Shown: piece by piece, positions 7,196-18,471 of the stretch
How the letters are laid out: each line of letters starts with the position of its first letter
How positions within the stretch are numbered: the first letter of the stretch is position 1
NCBI GenBank assembly: GCA_003221005.1
Contig: QHTZ01000097.1
Coordinates: 1-45,647, forward strand
Origin: Gemmatimonadota bacterium
Lineage (GTDB): Bacteria > Gemmatimonadota > Gemmatimonadetes > Gemmatimonadales > GWC2-71-9
Reading direction: 5' to 3'
DNA length: 45,647 bases
Program-made: the position numbers and the translations under genes
The notes under the pieces: generated by a model
The model's input: the letters and a program-made list of their open reading frames with translations, nothing else
What the model was told of the DNA's origin: nothing
Databases searched by the model: none

Positions 7196-9697
7196 GTGCC
7201 TGACCCGATCGCAGACCTCCAAGCAGCGCTCGCCGACCGCTACGTCGTGCAGCGGGAGCTGGGGCGCGGTGGGATGGCCACGGTGTTTCTCGCCGCGGAT
7301 GTCAAGCACCGCCGTCCCGTTGCGCTGAAGGTGCTGCACTCCGAGCTCGCCGCCGCCATCGGGGCAGAGCGGTTCCTGCGCGAAATCGAGATCGCTGCCC
7401 GGCTGCAGCATCCTCACATCCTGCCGTTGTACGACTCAGGCGCCGCGCAGGGGTTCCTCTATTACGTCATGCCATACGTCGAGGGCGAGTCGCTGCGCGA
7501 GCGGCTCACCCGGGAAAAGCAGCTCCCCTTCGACGAGACGGTGCGCATTGCCTCCGAGGTCGCGAGTGCGTTGGCGTATGCGCACGGCCACGGCATCGTT
7601 CATCGCGATGTCAAACCCGAGAACATCATGCTAGCGGTGGGGACCGCGGTGGTGACGGACTTCGGCATCGCGCGAGCGATCACGGCGGCGGAGAACCGAC
7701 CCCTCACGCAGACCGGTACGATCCTGGGCACACCTGCCTACATGAGCCCCGAGCAAGCCACCGGGCAGACCGAACTGGACGGGCGGAGCGACGAGTACAG
7801 CCTCGCCTGCGTGGTTTACGAGATGCTGGTCGGGGAGCCGCCGTTCACGGGTCCCACGGCGCACGCGATCATCGCGCGGCACTCGCTCGATACCGTCTCC
7901 CCACCCTCGATCGTCCGCGCCACGATCCCCGAGGCCGCGGAGGACGCCATTCTGCGCGCGCTCGCGAAGGTCCCGGCCGACCGCTTCCCCACGACGACGC
8001 TGTTCGCGGATGCGCTGGCGCGGCCGTCGCGCGTGACGGGAGCCAGCCGCTGGACGGGGGCGTCGCGACCCGGGGTCATTCCGCGCCGGTGGCCCGTGCC
8101 ACGTGCCGTGCTTGGCGGCGTCGCCGTGCTTGCGGTGGTCGCGGCCGGTTGGGCCGCCGCCCGCGCGCTGCGGGGTCGCCCGGCGGCATCGGGCGAGCTC
8201 GATCCGCGCCACATCGCCGTGCTGTACTTCGAAGACTTGAGCGCTGGACACGCCCTCGGCTTCGTCGCGGACGGGTTGACCGAGGCGCTGATCGAGCAGC
8301 TCGGGCAGGTTCCATCGCTTGCGGTGATATCGCAGAACGGCGTGGCGCCGTACCGGAACCCCGACCTCGCGCCCGACAGCGTCGCCCGGGCCCTCGCGGT
8401 GGGAACGGTGGTGCGGGGAACCGTGGAGCCGGCCGGTGACCGCTACCGCGTCACCGTTCGTCTCATCGACGGCGCGAGTGGGGCGGACTTCCGACGCGCC
8501 AGCTTCGAGCAGCCACAGGGGAACTTGCTAGCGATCCGCGACAGCCTCGCGCGGGAGGTGGCCATCTTCCTGCGCGAACGGCTGGGCGAGGAGGTGGAGC
8601 TGCGCCAGGCGCGCGCCGGCACGAGCAGCGCGGCGGCGTGGTCGTTCCTGCAACAGGCGGAGAAAGCGCGGAAGATCGCTGAGGAGCACGTCGCCGGGGA
8701 CAGCCTGCCCGGCGCCTTCGCGAGCTTCAGTCGCGCCGACTCGCTGCTCGCGTTGGCGGAGGGCGCGGATCCGCGGTGGGCCGAACCGGTGGTGTTGCGC
8801 GGCCAGATCGCCTATCGGCGCGCCCGACTCGCGCCGAGCAAGCAGCTCGCGAGCCAATGGCTCACCGCGGCGCTCGCGCACGCGGAGCGGGCGCTGGCGC
8901 TCGTGCCCGGACTCCCCCCCGCCTTGGAGCTGCGTGGAGCCGCCCGCTACACGAGCTGGCTCCAGGAGCCCGCGGGCGATTCAGCGGCGCACGCGCGACT
9001 GCTGGCCGCCGCGCGCGAGGATCTCGAAGGCGCCACCCGGGCAGACCCGACGCTCGCCAGCGCGTTCAATACCCTGAGCCATCTCTACTATCAGGTGGAG
9101 GACGTGCCCGCGGCGGTGCTCGCGGCCCGCAAGGCATACGAACAGGATGCATATCTCCGGGCTGCAAACGACATCCTGTGGCGGCTGTTCATCGGGTCTT
9201 ATGATCTCGAGCAGTTCGGTCAGGCCCAGCGGTGGTGCGATGAGGGCGTGCATCGGTTTCCCGCCTACTACCGATTCACCGAGTGCCGTCTCGTTCTTAT
9301 GACCACCGATGCTGTGCGGCCCGCACCGACCGAGGCGTGGCGACTCTTGGCGCGCCTCGATTCGCTCACCCCAGCGCCGCAGCGGGCGCGGGGGCACCAT
9401 GAAGGACAGATGCTGGTGGGCGCGGTGCTCGCCCGAGCTGGCCTCAAGGACAGCGCGCGCCGCGTACTGGTGGCAGCGCGGCCCGACCGCGCCACCGACC
9501 CTCAGCAGGAGTTGCTCTCTTTTGAGGCATTCGCCCGCACCATCCTGGGAGATCGTGACACGGCGCTGGCCCTCCTCGAGCGCTACGTCGCCGCGAATCC
9601 CGCCCATGCGTTCAAACGGGGGGGCGACATCTCATGGTGGTGGCGGGACTTGCGAAACGACCCGCGGTTTTCCCGTCTCGAGCGAACGGAGCGTTGA
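7196..9697 (+). CDS. Hanks-type Ser/Thr kinase with TM helix, TolB_N/FlgO-like domain and TPR-like repeats
   Basis: LGRGGMATV, VALK, HRDVKPEN, DFG, GTPAYMSPEQ; TM AVLGGVAVLAVVAAGWAAA; IAVLYFEDLS...ADGLTEALI; helical repeats to the C-terminus. Confidence 0.9.
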   Translation: MPDPIADLQAALADRYVVQRELGRGGMATVFLAADVKHRRPVALKVLHSELAAAIGAERFLREIEIAARLQHPHILPLYDSGAAQGFLYYVMPYVEGESLRERLTREKQLPFDETVRIASEVASALAYAHGHGIVHRDVKPENIMLAVGTAVVTDFGIARAITAAENRPLTQTGTILGTPAYMSPEQATGQTELDGRSDEYSLACVVYEMLVGEPPFTGPTAHAIIARHSLDTVSPPSIVRATIPEAAEDAILRALAKVPADRFPTTTLFADALARPSRVTGASRWTGASRPGVIPRRWPVPRAVLGGVAVLAVVAAGWAAARALRGRPAASGELDPRHIAVLYFEDLSAGHALGFVADGLTEALIEQLGQVPSLAVISQNGVAPYRNPDLAPDSVARALAVGTVVRGTVEPAGDRYRVTVRLIDGASGADFRRASFEQPQGNLLAIRDSLAREVAIFLRERLGEEVELRQARAGTSSAAAWSFLQQAEKARKIAEEHVAGDSLPGAFASFSRADSLLALAEGADPRWAEPVVLRGQIAYRRARLAPSKQLASQWLTAALAHAERALALVPGLPPALELRGAARYTSWLQEPAGDSAAHARLLAAAREDLEGATRADPTLASAFNTLSHLYYQVEDVPAAVLAARKAYEQDAYLRAANDILWRLFIGSYDLEQFGQAQRWCDEGVHRFPAYYRFTECRLVLMTTDAVRPAPTEAWRLLARLDSLTPAPQRARGHHEGQMLVGAVLARAGLKDSARRVLVAARPDRATDPQQELLSFEAFARTILGDRDTALALLERYVAANPAHAFKRGGDISWWWRDLRNDPRFSRLERTER

Positions 9698-9782
9698 GCG
9701 GGCACACGTCTTGCGACCGTGCAGGTGAAAAGGTCGCCTGTGTTGCGCTCACGCCACGGGCGGCCGACAGCGGGAGTGCTCC

Positions 9783-11186
9783 ATGCAACGCTGGAGTCTC
9801 TGCTTCATCGCCGCCGCCATGGCGGTGCTGGCTTGCCAGAGCGACGCGCCGGTGGGCTCGCGATCTACCCGCCCCGCGGCGGACATCAGCGACGGCAACC
9901 ATCTGGCGAACTGTGCGACGCCGATCAACACGTGCGTCCCCAGCAACCCGCACTTCTATTTCTTACCGCCGATGGTGAAGACCCCCAGCTTCTCCGGCAC
10001 CTTCAACCCGAGCCTCGTCCCCACCGTCACGATTTGCGCACTCGCCCTTGACGGCAGTCAGGCGTGCGACGCGACTCAACCCGTCATCAATCCGGGACCG
10101 GTGCAGGTCGACGCCGCCGACCAGCAATACCAGGTCAACTGGCGGACCGATCCGACGACAGTCTTCGTGGGCGAAACGTACCGCGTGATGGCATTCGCGG
10201 GGTCGCGCGAGCTGGGGTTCGCGGACGTCGTGCCGGTCGACAACGGGAGCGGGTTCCAGGACCCGGCGACCGGGGATACCATCTGGCTCGTCGACGGCAG
10301 CACGCTGCCGATCAAGTTCCGGATCGAGGTCGGCGCCCTGTGCCAGAGGAACGCGGATTGCGGCGAAGCGACCATCGGGCCGGCGGGGGGCACGGTCATC
10401 ACGAGCACGCACCTCGCCGGCGCGTTCTTCCCGGAAGGCGCCTTGACGCAGAACGAAACGGTCGTGATCCAGCCGAGCTCGACCGTCCCGTGCATTCCCG
10501 TGAACCTGCTGCAACGCGAGGGGTGCTACACGTTCACGACCGATCCGGGGCCGGCGTCGTTCCAGGTCCCGGTGCGCGTGGGGATCTGCGCGGAAGTCGA
10601 CGGTCTCACGCCCGACCAAATCCACGCGCTGCTCCTCTACAAGGCGGACCCGGCGCCGGGCGACGTGCTCAGCGAGATCGTGACGCCATTGCAGAATGCA
10701 CCGGCCTCCTTCCTCTCGTGCGAAGGTCTGGCGCTCCGCCCGCGCAGCGTGTGGGATCGGCTGGCGCAGCTGCTGCTTCCCAAGCCGCTGTTTGCGACGC
10801 ACCTGGGAATGGGGGGTGATACTGACTCCTTCTCCCGCATCGGTTGGGGTTTGCCACCGCTCATGCTCAAGGTCCTCGGGACGGATAACCAATCCGCGCT
10901 CGTCGGAAGCGCGGTGCCGAACGCGCCCGCGGTGACGCTCGTCAACCCCATCGACCAAACGCCCGTCGCCGGCCTCCCAGTGACGTTCACGGTGGGCGCG
11001 GGGAGCGGCTTGGTTGGTGGCCGCAGCTCCATCGAAGTTCGCAGCGGACCGGCGGGCGTCGCGGCCGTCGCGTGGACGCTCGGTCAACTCGGCACGAACA
11101 CGCTCACCGTGAGCGAGATCGGCGCGAGCGGCAGTCCGCAGGTCTTCACCGCGACGGGATTGGCGCCTCTCAACCCGCTACCGTAG
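9783..11186 (+). CDS. Cys-rich surface lipoprotein with C-terminal Ig-like (Big_1-like) domain
   Basis: GGGAG RBS; lipobox VLAC; IGPAGGTV...FPEGAL segment (ZU5-like); C-terminal PVAGLPVTFTV...G.A...WTLG..GTNTLTV. Confidence 0.75.
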   Translation: MQRWSLCFIAAAMAVLACQSDAPVGSRSTRPAADISDGNHLANCATPINTCVPSNPHFYFLPPMVKTPSFSGTFNPSLVPTVTICALALDGSQACDATQPVINPGPVQVDAADQQYQVNWRTDPTTVFVGETYRVMAFAGSRELGFADVVPVDNGSGFQDPATGDTIWLVDGSTLPIKFRIEVGALCQRNADCGEATIGPAGGTVITSTHLAGAFFPEGALTQNETVVIQPSSTVPCIPVNLLQREGCYTFTTDPGPASFQVPVRVGICAEVDGLTPDQIHALLLYKADPAPGDVLSEIVTPLQNAPASFLSCEGLALRPRSVWDRLAQLLLPKPLFATHLGMGGDTDSFSRIGWGLPPLMLKVLGTDNQSALVGSAVPNAPAVTLVNPIDQTPVAGLPVTFTVGAGSGLVGGRSSIEVRSGPAGVAAVAWTLGQLGTNTLTVSEIGASGSPQVFTATGLAPLNPLP

Positions 11187-11232
11187 TCCATCGTCGTTTA
11201 CGCGCAGTTGGCGCGCGGCTAGTTTCAACTCC

Positions 11233-12075
11233 GTGCGCCCCACCACCCTCGGAGTGATCGGCCTGGGCGCGATCGGTGGTTCGGTCGCGCGCCAGGCGAA
11301 GCAGGCCGGCATTGGCGCGGTGCTCGGCTGGTCCCCGGACGCGGCCGAACGGGCGGCGGCGCTGCGGCTCGGCGCGCTCGACGATGCGCCGGCCCAGCCG
11401 GCCGACGTCGCGCGCCGGGCCCAGCTGCTCGTCCTCGCCGCCCCGCCCGCCGCCAATCTCCAGCTGCTCGACACGCTGCACTCTCACCTCTCCTCACGTT
11501 CCCTCGTCACGGATGTCGGCTCAGTCAAACGCGCGATCGTGGCACGCGCCGAGGCGCTGGGGTGCGCCGCGCAGTTCGCCGGCAGTCACCCGCTCGCCGG
11601 CACGCACGCGAATGGCTTCGATGCTTCCCGGCCGGGTCTGTTCGCGGGCGCTGTGGTGTATGTGACGCCGACGCGGAATGGGGCCGCGGCGGCGCGGGAA
11701 GTGGCGCATTTCTGGGAGGCGGTGTGCGACGCTCGCCCGGTGATCGTGGACGCGGCGGCGCACGACACGCAGATGGCGATCACGAGCCACCTCCCCCAGG
11801 TGATCGCGTCGCTGCTTGGGCGCTATCTTGCCGAGCATGCGCCACCGGGAACGACCCTCGGACCGGGGGCGAAGGACACGACCCGTCTCGCCGCGAGCGA
11901 GCCAGGGCTGTGGACGGAAATCCTGCTGATGAACCGCGACGTGCTGCTCCCCGCACTGCGGGCGCTGGAAGAGCCGCTGGGCGAGCTTGAGCACGCGCTC
12001 GAGTGTGGGGACGCTGGCGCCGTGGCAGCGTGGCTCGGGCGCGGGGCGGCGTGGCGCCGCAGGATCGACGCGTGA
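11233..12075 (+). CDS. tyrA: Prephenate/arogenate dehydrogenase
   Basis: GLGAIGGS Rossmann motif, TDVGSVK, GSHPLAG, HD...A..SHLP, DTTRLA; directly upstream of aroA. Confidence 0.9.
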   Translation: MRPTTLGVIGLGAIGGSVARQAKQAGIGAVLGWSPDAAERAAALRLGALDDAPAQPADVARRAQLLVLAAPPAANLQLLDTLHSHLSSRSLVTDVGSVKRAIVARAEALGCAAQFAGSHPLAGTHANGFDASRPGLFAGAVVYVTPTRNGAAAAREVAHFWEAVCDARPVIVDAAAHDTQMAITSHLPQVIASLLGRYLAEHAPPGTTLGPGAKDTTRLAASEPGLWTEILLMNRDVLLPALRALEEPLGELEHALECGDAGAVAAWLGRGAAWRRRIDA

Positions 12076-13361
12076 ACGTGTCGGGGGTGGTCCGGCCGCC
12101 GGGCGACAAAAGCATCTCCCACCGGGCGCTGCTTGTGAGCGCCCTGGCGGGGGGCAGGGGCACGAGCGAGTTCACCGGCCTGCTCGCCGGGGAGGACGTA
12201 AAGAGCACGGCGCGCGTGCTGCGCCAGCTGGGCGTGGAGATCTCGACCCTGCGGGACGGGGCGACGGTCGCAGTGCGCGCCAAGCGCTTGACGTCTCCCG
12301 CCTCCCGGTTGCATTGCGGCAACTCGGGAACCACCGCGCGGCTGCTGCTCGGCGTCCTCGCGGGCCAGCGGTTCCAGGCGCGTCTCACCGGCGACGCTTC
12401 GCTGCGTCGCCGCCCCATGCGCCGCGTGACCGAGCCGCTGCGGGCCATGGGGGCCGAGATCCGGGAAGAACGGGGCGATTCACTTCCGCTCTCGATCCGG
12501 GGTGGCCGGCTGCACCCCGTGAGCTACACGACTCCTGTCGCAAGCGCGCAGGTGAAAAGCGCGCTGCTCCTCGCGGCGCTCACGGGCAACGTCGCGGTCA
12601 CCATACGGGAGCCCTACCGCTCGCGCGATCACACCGAGCGACTGTTCGTGCATCTGGGACTGGACCTGCGCGAGCGGCAAAGCGTCATCAGCTTTCAGCC
12701 GTCGGCCCAGAGGGTCCCGCCATTCCACCTCGCTGTGCCGGGGGACGCGTCGTCGGCGGCGTTTCTCGTCGCCGCAGCGGCGCTCGCCGAACGCGGCGAG
12801 CTGCTGGTTGAGAATGTCGGAGTGAACCCGACGCGCACGGGATTCCTCGTGGTGCTCGAGCGCATGGGCGCGCACGTCGAGCGGTTGAATCTGCGCGACC
12901 AGGGCGGGGAGCCGGTGGCCGATCTGCTCGTGCGCTCCGCCGCACAACTCAGCGGCACCGCAGTGAGCGCGGCTGAGATTCCGACCCTGGTGGACGAAGT
13001 CCCGATCCTCGCCGTCCTCGCGAGCCGCGCCGGCGGGGGGGCGGAGACGGTGTTCCGGGAAGTCGGGGAGCTGCGCGTCAAGGAGAGCAACCGTCTCGAG
13101 CTCGTCGCGGCGAACCTGCGGGCCGTCGGAGTCGAGGCGGAGGCGCGCGGCAACGATCTGCACGTGCGCGGGACGGAGCGGCCGCCGCGCGGCCGGGTGG
13201 ACACGGCGCGCGACCACCGTCTGGCGATGGCGTTCGCGGTGCTGGGCGCGCTGCCGGGGGCCGAGGTGGAGCTCTCGGAGCGGAAATCGGTGGCGATCAG
13301 TTACCCCGCGTTCTTCGCCGACCTCCGGCGCATCGGGTCGAATGCGCGTCATCGCGGTTGA
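12072..13361 (+). CDS. aroA: EPSP synthase
   Basis: PGDKSISHR, CGNSGTTARL, RPMRRV, ASAQVKSA, RDHTE, ELRVKESNR, DHRLAM; GTGA overlap with tyrA. Confidence 0.96.
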   Translation: MNVSGVVRPPGDKSISHRALLVSALAGGRGTSEFTGLLAGEDVKSTARVLRQLGVEISTLRDGATVAVRAKRLTSPASRLHCGNSGTTARLLLGVLAGQRFQARLTGDASLRRRPMRRVTEPLRAMGAEIREERGDSLPLSIRGGRLHPVSYTTPVASAQVKSALLLAALTGNVAVTIREPYRSRDHTERLFVHLGLDLRERQSVISFQPSAQRVPPFHLAVPGDASSAAFLVAAAALAERGELLVENVGVNPTRTGFLVVLERMGAHVERLNLRDQGGEPVADLLVRSAAQLSGTAVSAAEIPTLVDEVPILAVLASRAGGGAETVFREVGELRVKESNRLELVAANLRAVGVEAEARGNDLHVRGTERPPRGRVDTARDHRLAMAFAVLGALPGAEVELSERKSVAISYPAFFADLRRIGSNARHRG

Positions 13362-14043
13362 CGGGCCCGCCGCCTCCGGGAAGTCGTCCACGGCCCAGGC
13401 GGTGGCCCGGCGCCTCGGCTGGGGACATCTCGACTCCGGCGCGTTGTATCGGGCGATAACGCTCGCGACCCTCGATAACATCGGCGACGGGGCAGGGGGA
13501 CGTGGGACGGGGGAGGAGTGGTCGCCGCAGCGCATCCTGGCGCTCGCGGAGGACCTTCCCGTCCGGTTGGTGCTGGTGCAGGATGTGTTCCGGCCGGAGG
13601 TCGCCGGAGTCGGCGTGGACGAGGCGATCCGCTCGGAGCGCGTGACGCGCCGGGTGTCGGAGGTCGCCGCCATCCCCGAAGTGCGCCGCTGGGTGAATGC
13701 GCGGCAGCGGGAGGCGGCGCGCGACCATCCGGTGGGCGTCGTGGTGGACGGACGCGACATCGGCACGGTCGTGTTTCCCGACGCCCCCCTCAAGATCTTC
13801 CTGACGGCGGGCCCGGAGGAGCGGGCGCGCCGGCGACTGGCGCAGCGCGGTGAGCGCACCAGCCCGGACGAGCTGCGCCGCGAGGCCGATGCTCTGGCGG
13901 CTCGGGACCGCGCCGACTCGAGCCGGCCAGTCGCTCCCTTGAAGCCCGCCGCCGACGCGCTCCTGCTCGACACCACCGCGCTGTCGCTCGACGAGCAGGT
14001 GGCGCGCGTCGTCGCGCTGGCGCGCGAGCGGTTCCCCGGGTAG
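13342..14043 (+). CDS. cmk: Cytidylate kinase
   Basis: IAVDGPAASGKSS, DSGALYR, DGRDIGTVVFPDA. Confidence 0.96.
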   Translation: MRVIAVDGPAASGKSSTAQAVARRLGWGHLDSGALYRAITLATLDNIGDGAGGRGTGEEWSPQRILALAEDLPVRLVLVQDVFRPEVAGVGVDEAIRSERVTRRVSEVAAIPEVRRWVNARQREAARDHPVGVVVDGRDIGTVVFPDAPLKIFLTAGPEERARRRLAQRGERTSPDELRREADALAARDRADSSRPVAPLKPAADALLLDTTALSLDEQVARVVALARERFPG

Positions 14044-14116
14044 GTTTCGCGCGTTCCGGCCCTGGCACATGTGCCCGGGCGAACTCTCAAACCAGCAACC
14101 GGACCGGTGTAACTGC

Positions 14117-15832
14117 ATGTTGGTCGACACGTTGGACCCGGAGTCAAAATCCGAAGGTCCGCCCACGCCCGTCGTTCATTCCCACCTGCGCGTTCGCCCC
14201 GATCTCCAAGAAGAGTACTCGCCGGACGAAATCGCCAAGATGACGGAGCTGTACGAGGGCACGCTCTCGAACATCGAAGAGGGCGAGATCGTCAAGTCCA
14301 AGGTGCTCCGTGTGACCGACACGGCCGTCATCCTCGACGTGGGATTCAAGTCAGAGGGGGCGGTGTCGATCGACGAGTTCAAGGATCCCCATAGCCTCAA
14401 AGAGGGCGACGAGATCGAGGTGTTCCTCGAGCACCTCGAGGACCAGGAAGGTGCGGTCGTCCTGTCGAAGAAGAAGGCCGACTTCATGCGGGTGTGGGAG
14501 CGGATCCGCGAGGCCTACGAGCGGGACGAGGCGGTCGCCGGGACGCTGGTGAAGAAGATCAAGGGTGGTGTCGTCGTGGATCTGATGGGCGTGGACGCCT
14601 TCCTGCCGGGGAGCCAGATCGCGTTGCGGCGCGTGCCCAACATCGACGAGCTGCTCGGGCAAAGCTTCGAGTTCAAGATCATCAAGCTCAACAAGCGACG
14701 CCGCAACATCGTGGTGAGCCGGCGCGTGCTGCTCGAGGCCGAGCGCAAGACCAAGCGCGACGTCCTGATGAAGGAGCTGCAGGTGAGCCAGGTGCGCAAG
14801 GGAATCGTGAAGAACATCACCGATTTCGGCGCCTTCATCGATCTGGGCGGCGTGGACGGCCTGCTGCACATCACCGACATGAGCTACGGCCGCGTCTCGC
14901 ATCCTTCCGAGGCCGTGCACATCGGCCAGGAGGTCGAGGTGAAGGTGCTCGACATCGATTGGGAGCGCGAGCGCATCAGCCTCGGCCTGAAGCAGCTCCA
15001 GGCGTACCCCTGGAAGAACGTCGCCGCCAAGTATCCCGTCGGCACCCGGGTGCAGGGCAAGGTGGTCTCGATCACCAACTACGGCGCGTTCGTGGAGCTC
15101 GAGCCCGGGATCGAAGGGCTCGTGCACATCTCCGAGATGAGCTGGACACGCAACGTCCGCCACCCCTCCAAGATCGTGTCCATCGGCGAGACCATCGAAG
15201 CGGTCGTGCTCAAGGTCGACGAGACCGAGGAAAAGGTGTCCCTCGGGATGAAGCAGACCGAGGAAGATCCCTGGATGGCATTGCCGCAGAAGTACCCGGT
15301 GGGCACGCGCCTCAAGGGCAAGGTCCGCAATCTCACCTCGTTCGGCGCCTTCGTGGAGATCGAGCCTGGGATCGACGGCCTGATCCACATTTCCGACATG
15401 TCCTGGACCAAGCGCATCCAGCATCCTTCGGAGGTCGTCAAGAAGGGTGACGAGGTCGAGGTGTTGATCCTGAACGTCGACGCCGAGAACAAGCGCATCT
15501 CTCTCGGCCTCAAGCAGGCCGAAGAGGATCCGTGGCTGAGGATTGGGGAGACGTACCCTGTCGGCACCGAGCTGCGGGGCCGCATCGTCCGGCCCATGGA
15601 CAAGGGCGCCGTGGTGGATCTGGGGCACGACATCGAGGGATTCATCCCGATGTCGCAGTTCGGCATCCCGGACGTGCAGAACCCCGCCGATGCGGTGAAA
15701 GAAGGGCAACCGGTGGAGCTGAAGGTGCTGGAGGTCGACCCGATTCACCATCGGATTGTCCTCGCCGCGACCGGTTGGCCGAAGGAAGAGCCGCAGGAGC
15801 CAGTAAAGACGGACGCCCCGGCAGACGCCTAG
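14117..15832 (+). CDS. rpsA: 30S ribosomal protein S1
   Basis: Six S1 repeats (AFLPGSQ, FGAFIDLGG.DGLLHI, EGLVHISEMSW); follows cmk. Start could be 14069 or 14117. Confidence 0.97.
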   Translation: MLVDTLDPESKSEGPPTPVVHSHLRVRPDLQEEYSPDEIAKMTELYEGTLSNIEEGEIVKSKVLRVTDTAVILDVGFKSEGAVSIDEFKDPHSLKEGDEIEVFLEHLEDQEGAVVLSKKKADFMRVWERIREAYERDEAVAGTLVKKIKGGVVVDLMGVDAFLPGSQIALRRVPNIDELLGQSFEFKIIKLNKRRRNIVVSRRVLLEAERKTKRDVLMKELQVSQVRKGIVKNITDFGAFIDLGGVDGLLHITDMSYGRVSHPSEAVHIGQEVEVKVLDIDWERERISLGLKQLQAYPWKNVAAKYPVGTRVQGKVVSITNYGAFVELEPGIEGLVHISEMSWTRNVRHPSKIVSIGETIEAVVLKVDETEEKVSLGMKQTEEDPWMALPQKYPVGTRLKGKVRNLTSFGAFVEIEPGIDGLIHISDMSWTKRIQHPSEVVKKGDEVEVLILNVDAENKRISLGLKQAEEDPWLRIGETYPVGTELRGRIVRPMDKGAVVDLGHDIEGFIPMSQFGIPDVQNPADAVKEGQPVELKVLEVDPIHHRIVLAATGWPKEEPQEPVKTDAPADA

Positions 15833-15838
15833 GCGTCC

Positions 15839-15918
15839 AGACGCCGAGTGGACGTAAGGGGTGAGTGGTCAGGAGAGGCTTCTCCTGGCCACTTTTCACT
15901 CATATCCACTCGGCGTCT
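15839..15918 (+). terminator. Long nested hairpin / intrinsic terminator after rpsA
   Basis: Outer 14-bp perfect inverted repeat AGACGCCGAGTGGA/TCCACTCGGCGTCT; inner 13-bp stem AGTGGTCAGGAGA/TCTCCTGGCCACT followed by a short T run. Confidence 0.75.
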
Positions 15919-15974
15919 CGGCATCGTCGCGTCTCCCTATCCGTCCTGGCGCCTCCCGCCCTAGATTTTGCGCC

Positions 15975-17478
<1,504 letters not shown>

Positions 17479-17498
<20 letters not shown>

Positions 17499-18436
17499 CA
17501 CGCTCGTCGTGGTGGCCATCGTGCAGGGGACGGCGGCTTCCCCTCCCCCGGCCCCGGCGGGCGACACCGGGGCGCTGCGGATACAACGCGCGCCGGACTC
17601 GACGGACGGTCGCGCCCAGGTAGCGCTCGGCCGGGCGTACCTGCAGCGCTTCGACGCCGCGCACGCGGGGGGCGCGGTCCGCGACACCCTGTGGGCCCGC
17701 CGCGTGCTCGACACCGCCGACGAAGTTCTGACGCGCGCGGCGCTCGCGCTCGGCTCGCCTCCCCCGGGCGCGAGCCCTACGGGAGACACCGCGCGCGTGC
17801 TGCGAGTGCGGGTGTGGAGCGAGCGGGCCTTGCTCGCCTGGCATCGCGGCGGCCTCGCGCTCGGTCCCAACACCTGGGGACCGCTGCCTGCGCCTGTCGC
17901 CCGTGCTGGAGGAGCTGGGCGAGAACCTGCTCCGCGCTTGTCCGGCGGGAGGGGCGCTGCTCACCGCGGCCGACGCCGACTCCTATGCCGCCTGGTACAT
18001 GCGGTTCGTGCGGGGGCTGCGCCCCGACCTGCTCGTGATCCCACTCGCCGTATGGCGGCGCGATTCGCTGTTTCGCGTGCGGGCGGCAGCGGACCTGCGG
18101 CTGGGCCGCAGGGCGCGTGCAGAAGGCTGGCTGGGGGCGCTGGTCGAGCGGCGGCCGGTGTGCGTCAGCATGGCGCTCGACCGACCGCCCGATGCCCAAG
18201 GCGCCACCTGGCGCACGCGTCCGCTCGTGTGGGTGGCGGGTCCGCAGGTAACGGACGACCCGGTGCCGCCCCGCGACTTCGTGTTCGCGGCGCTCAAGGT
18301 GGCGGTGGACAACCACGACCCGTGGGCGCAGCCGGTGCTCGAGCTGTACGGCCGGGCCGCACGGGCGACGGCGCGCCTGTGCGAGGCGTTCTCGACGTTC
18401 GGGGTGTCGGGTGCGATCGAGGCGTGCCGGCATTGA
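17479..18436 (+). pseudogene. Exported hypothetical protein with DUF2723-like motif, split by a frameshift near 17890
   Basis: First frame gives a signal peptide and helical region up to WGPLP; protein-like text continues in another frame as LRLSPVLEELGENLLRAC...LLTAADADSYAAWY...GLRPDL to TGA 18436. Confidence 0.65.
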
Positions 18437-18443
18437 GCCTTGA

Positions 18444-18471
18444 TAGCTGATGGCTGAAAGCTGATGGCTGA
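18444..18471 (+). repeat. Heptamer tandem array (TAGCTGA TGGCTGA AAGCTGA TGGCTGA)
   Basis: Four 7-bp units read directly; the array contains the ATG (18464) of the biotin carboxylase gene. Confidence 0.85.

Noticed and set aside
2753-11232. Integrative element or prophage at tRNA-Leu
   Set aside because: No integrase, transposase or phage gene; I found no duplicated tRNA 3' end; codon style matches the core genes.
14044-14116. Structured leader RNA upstream of rpsA
   Set aside because: No convincing stem or known motif, and the start codon is ambiguous.
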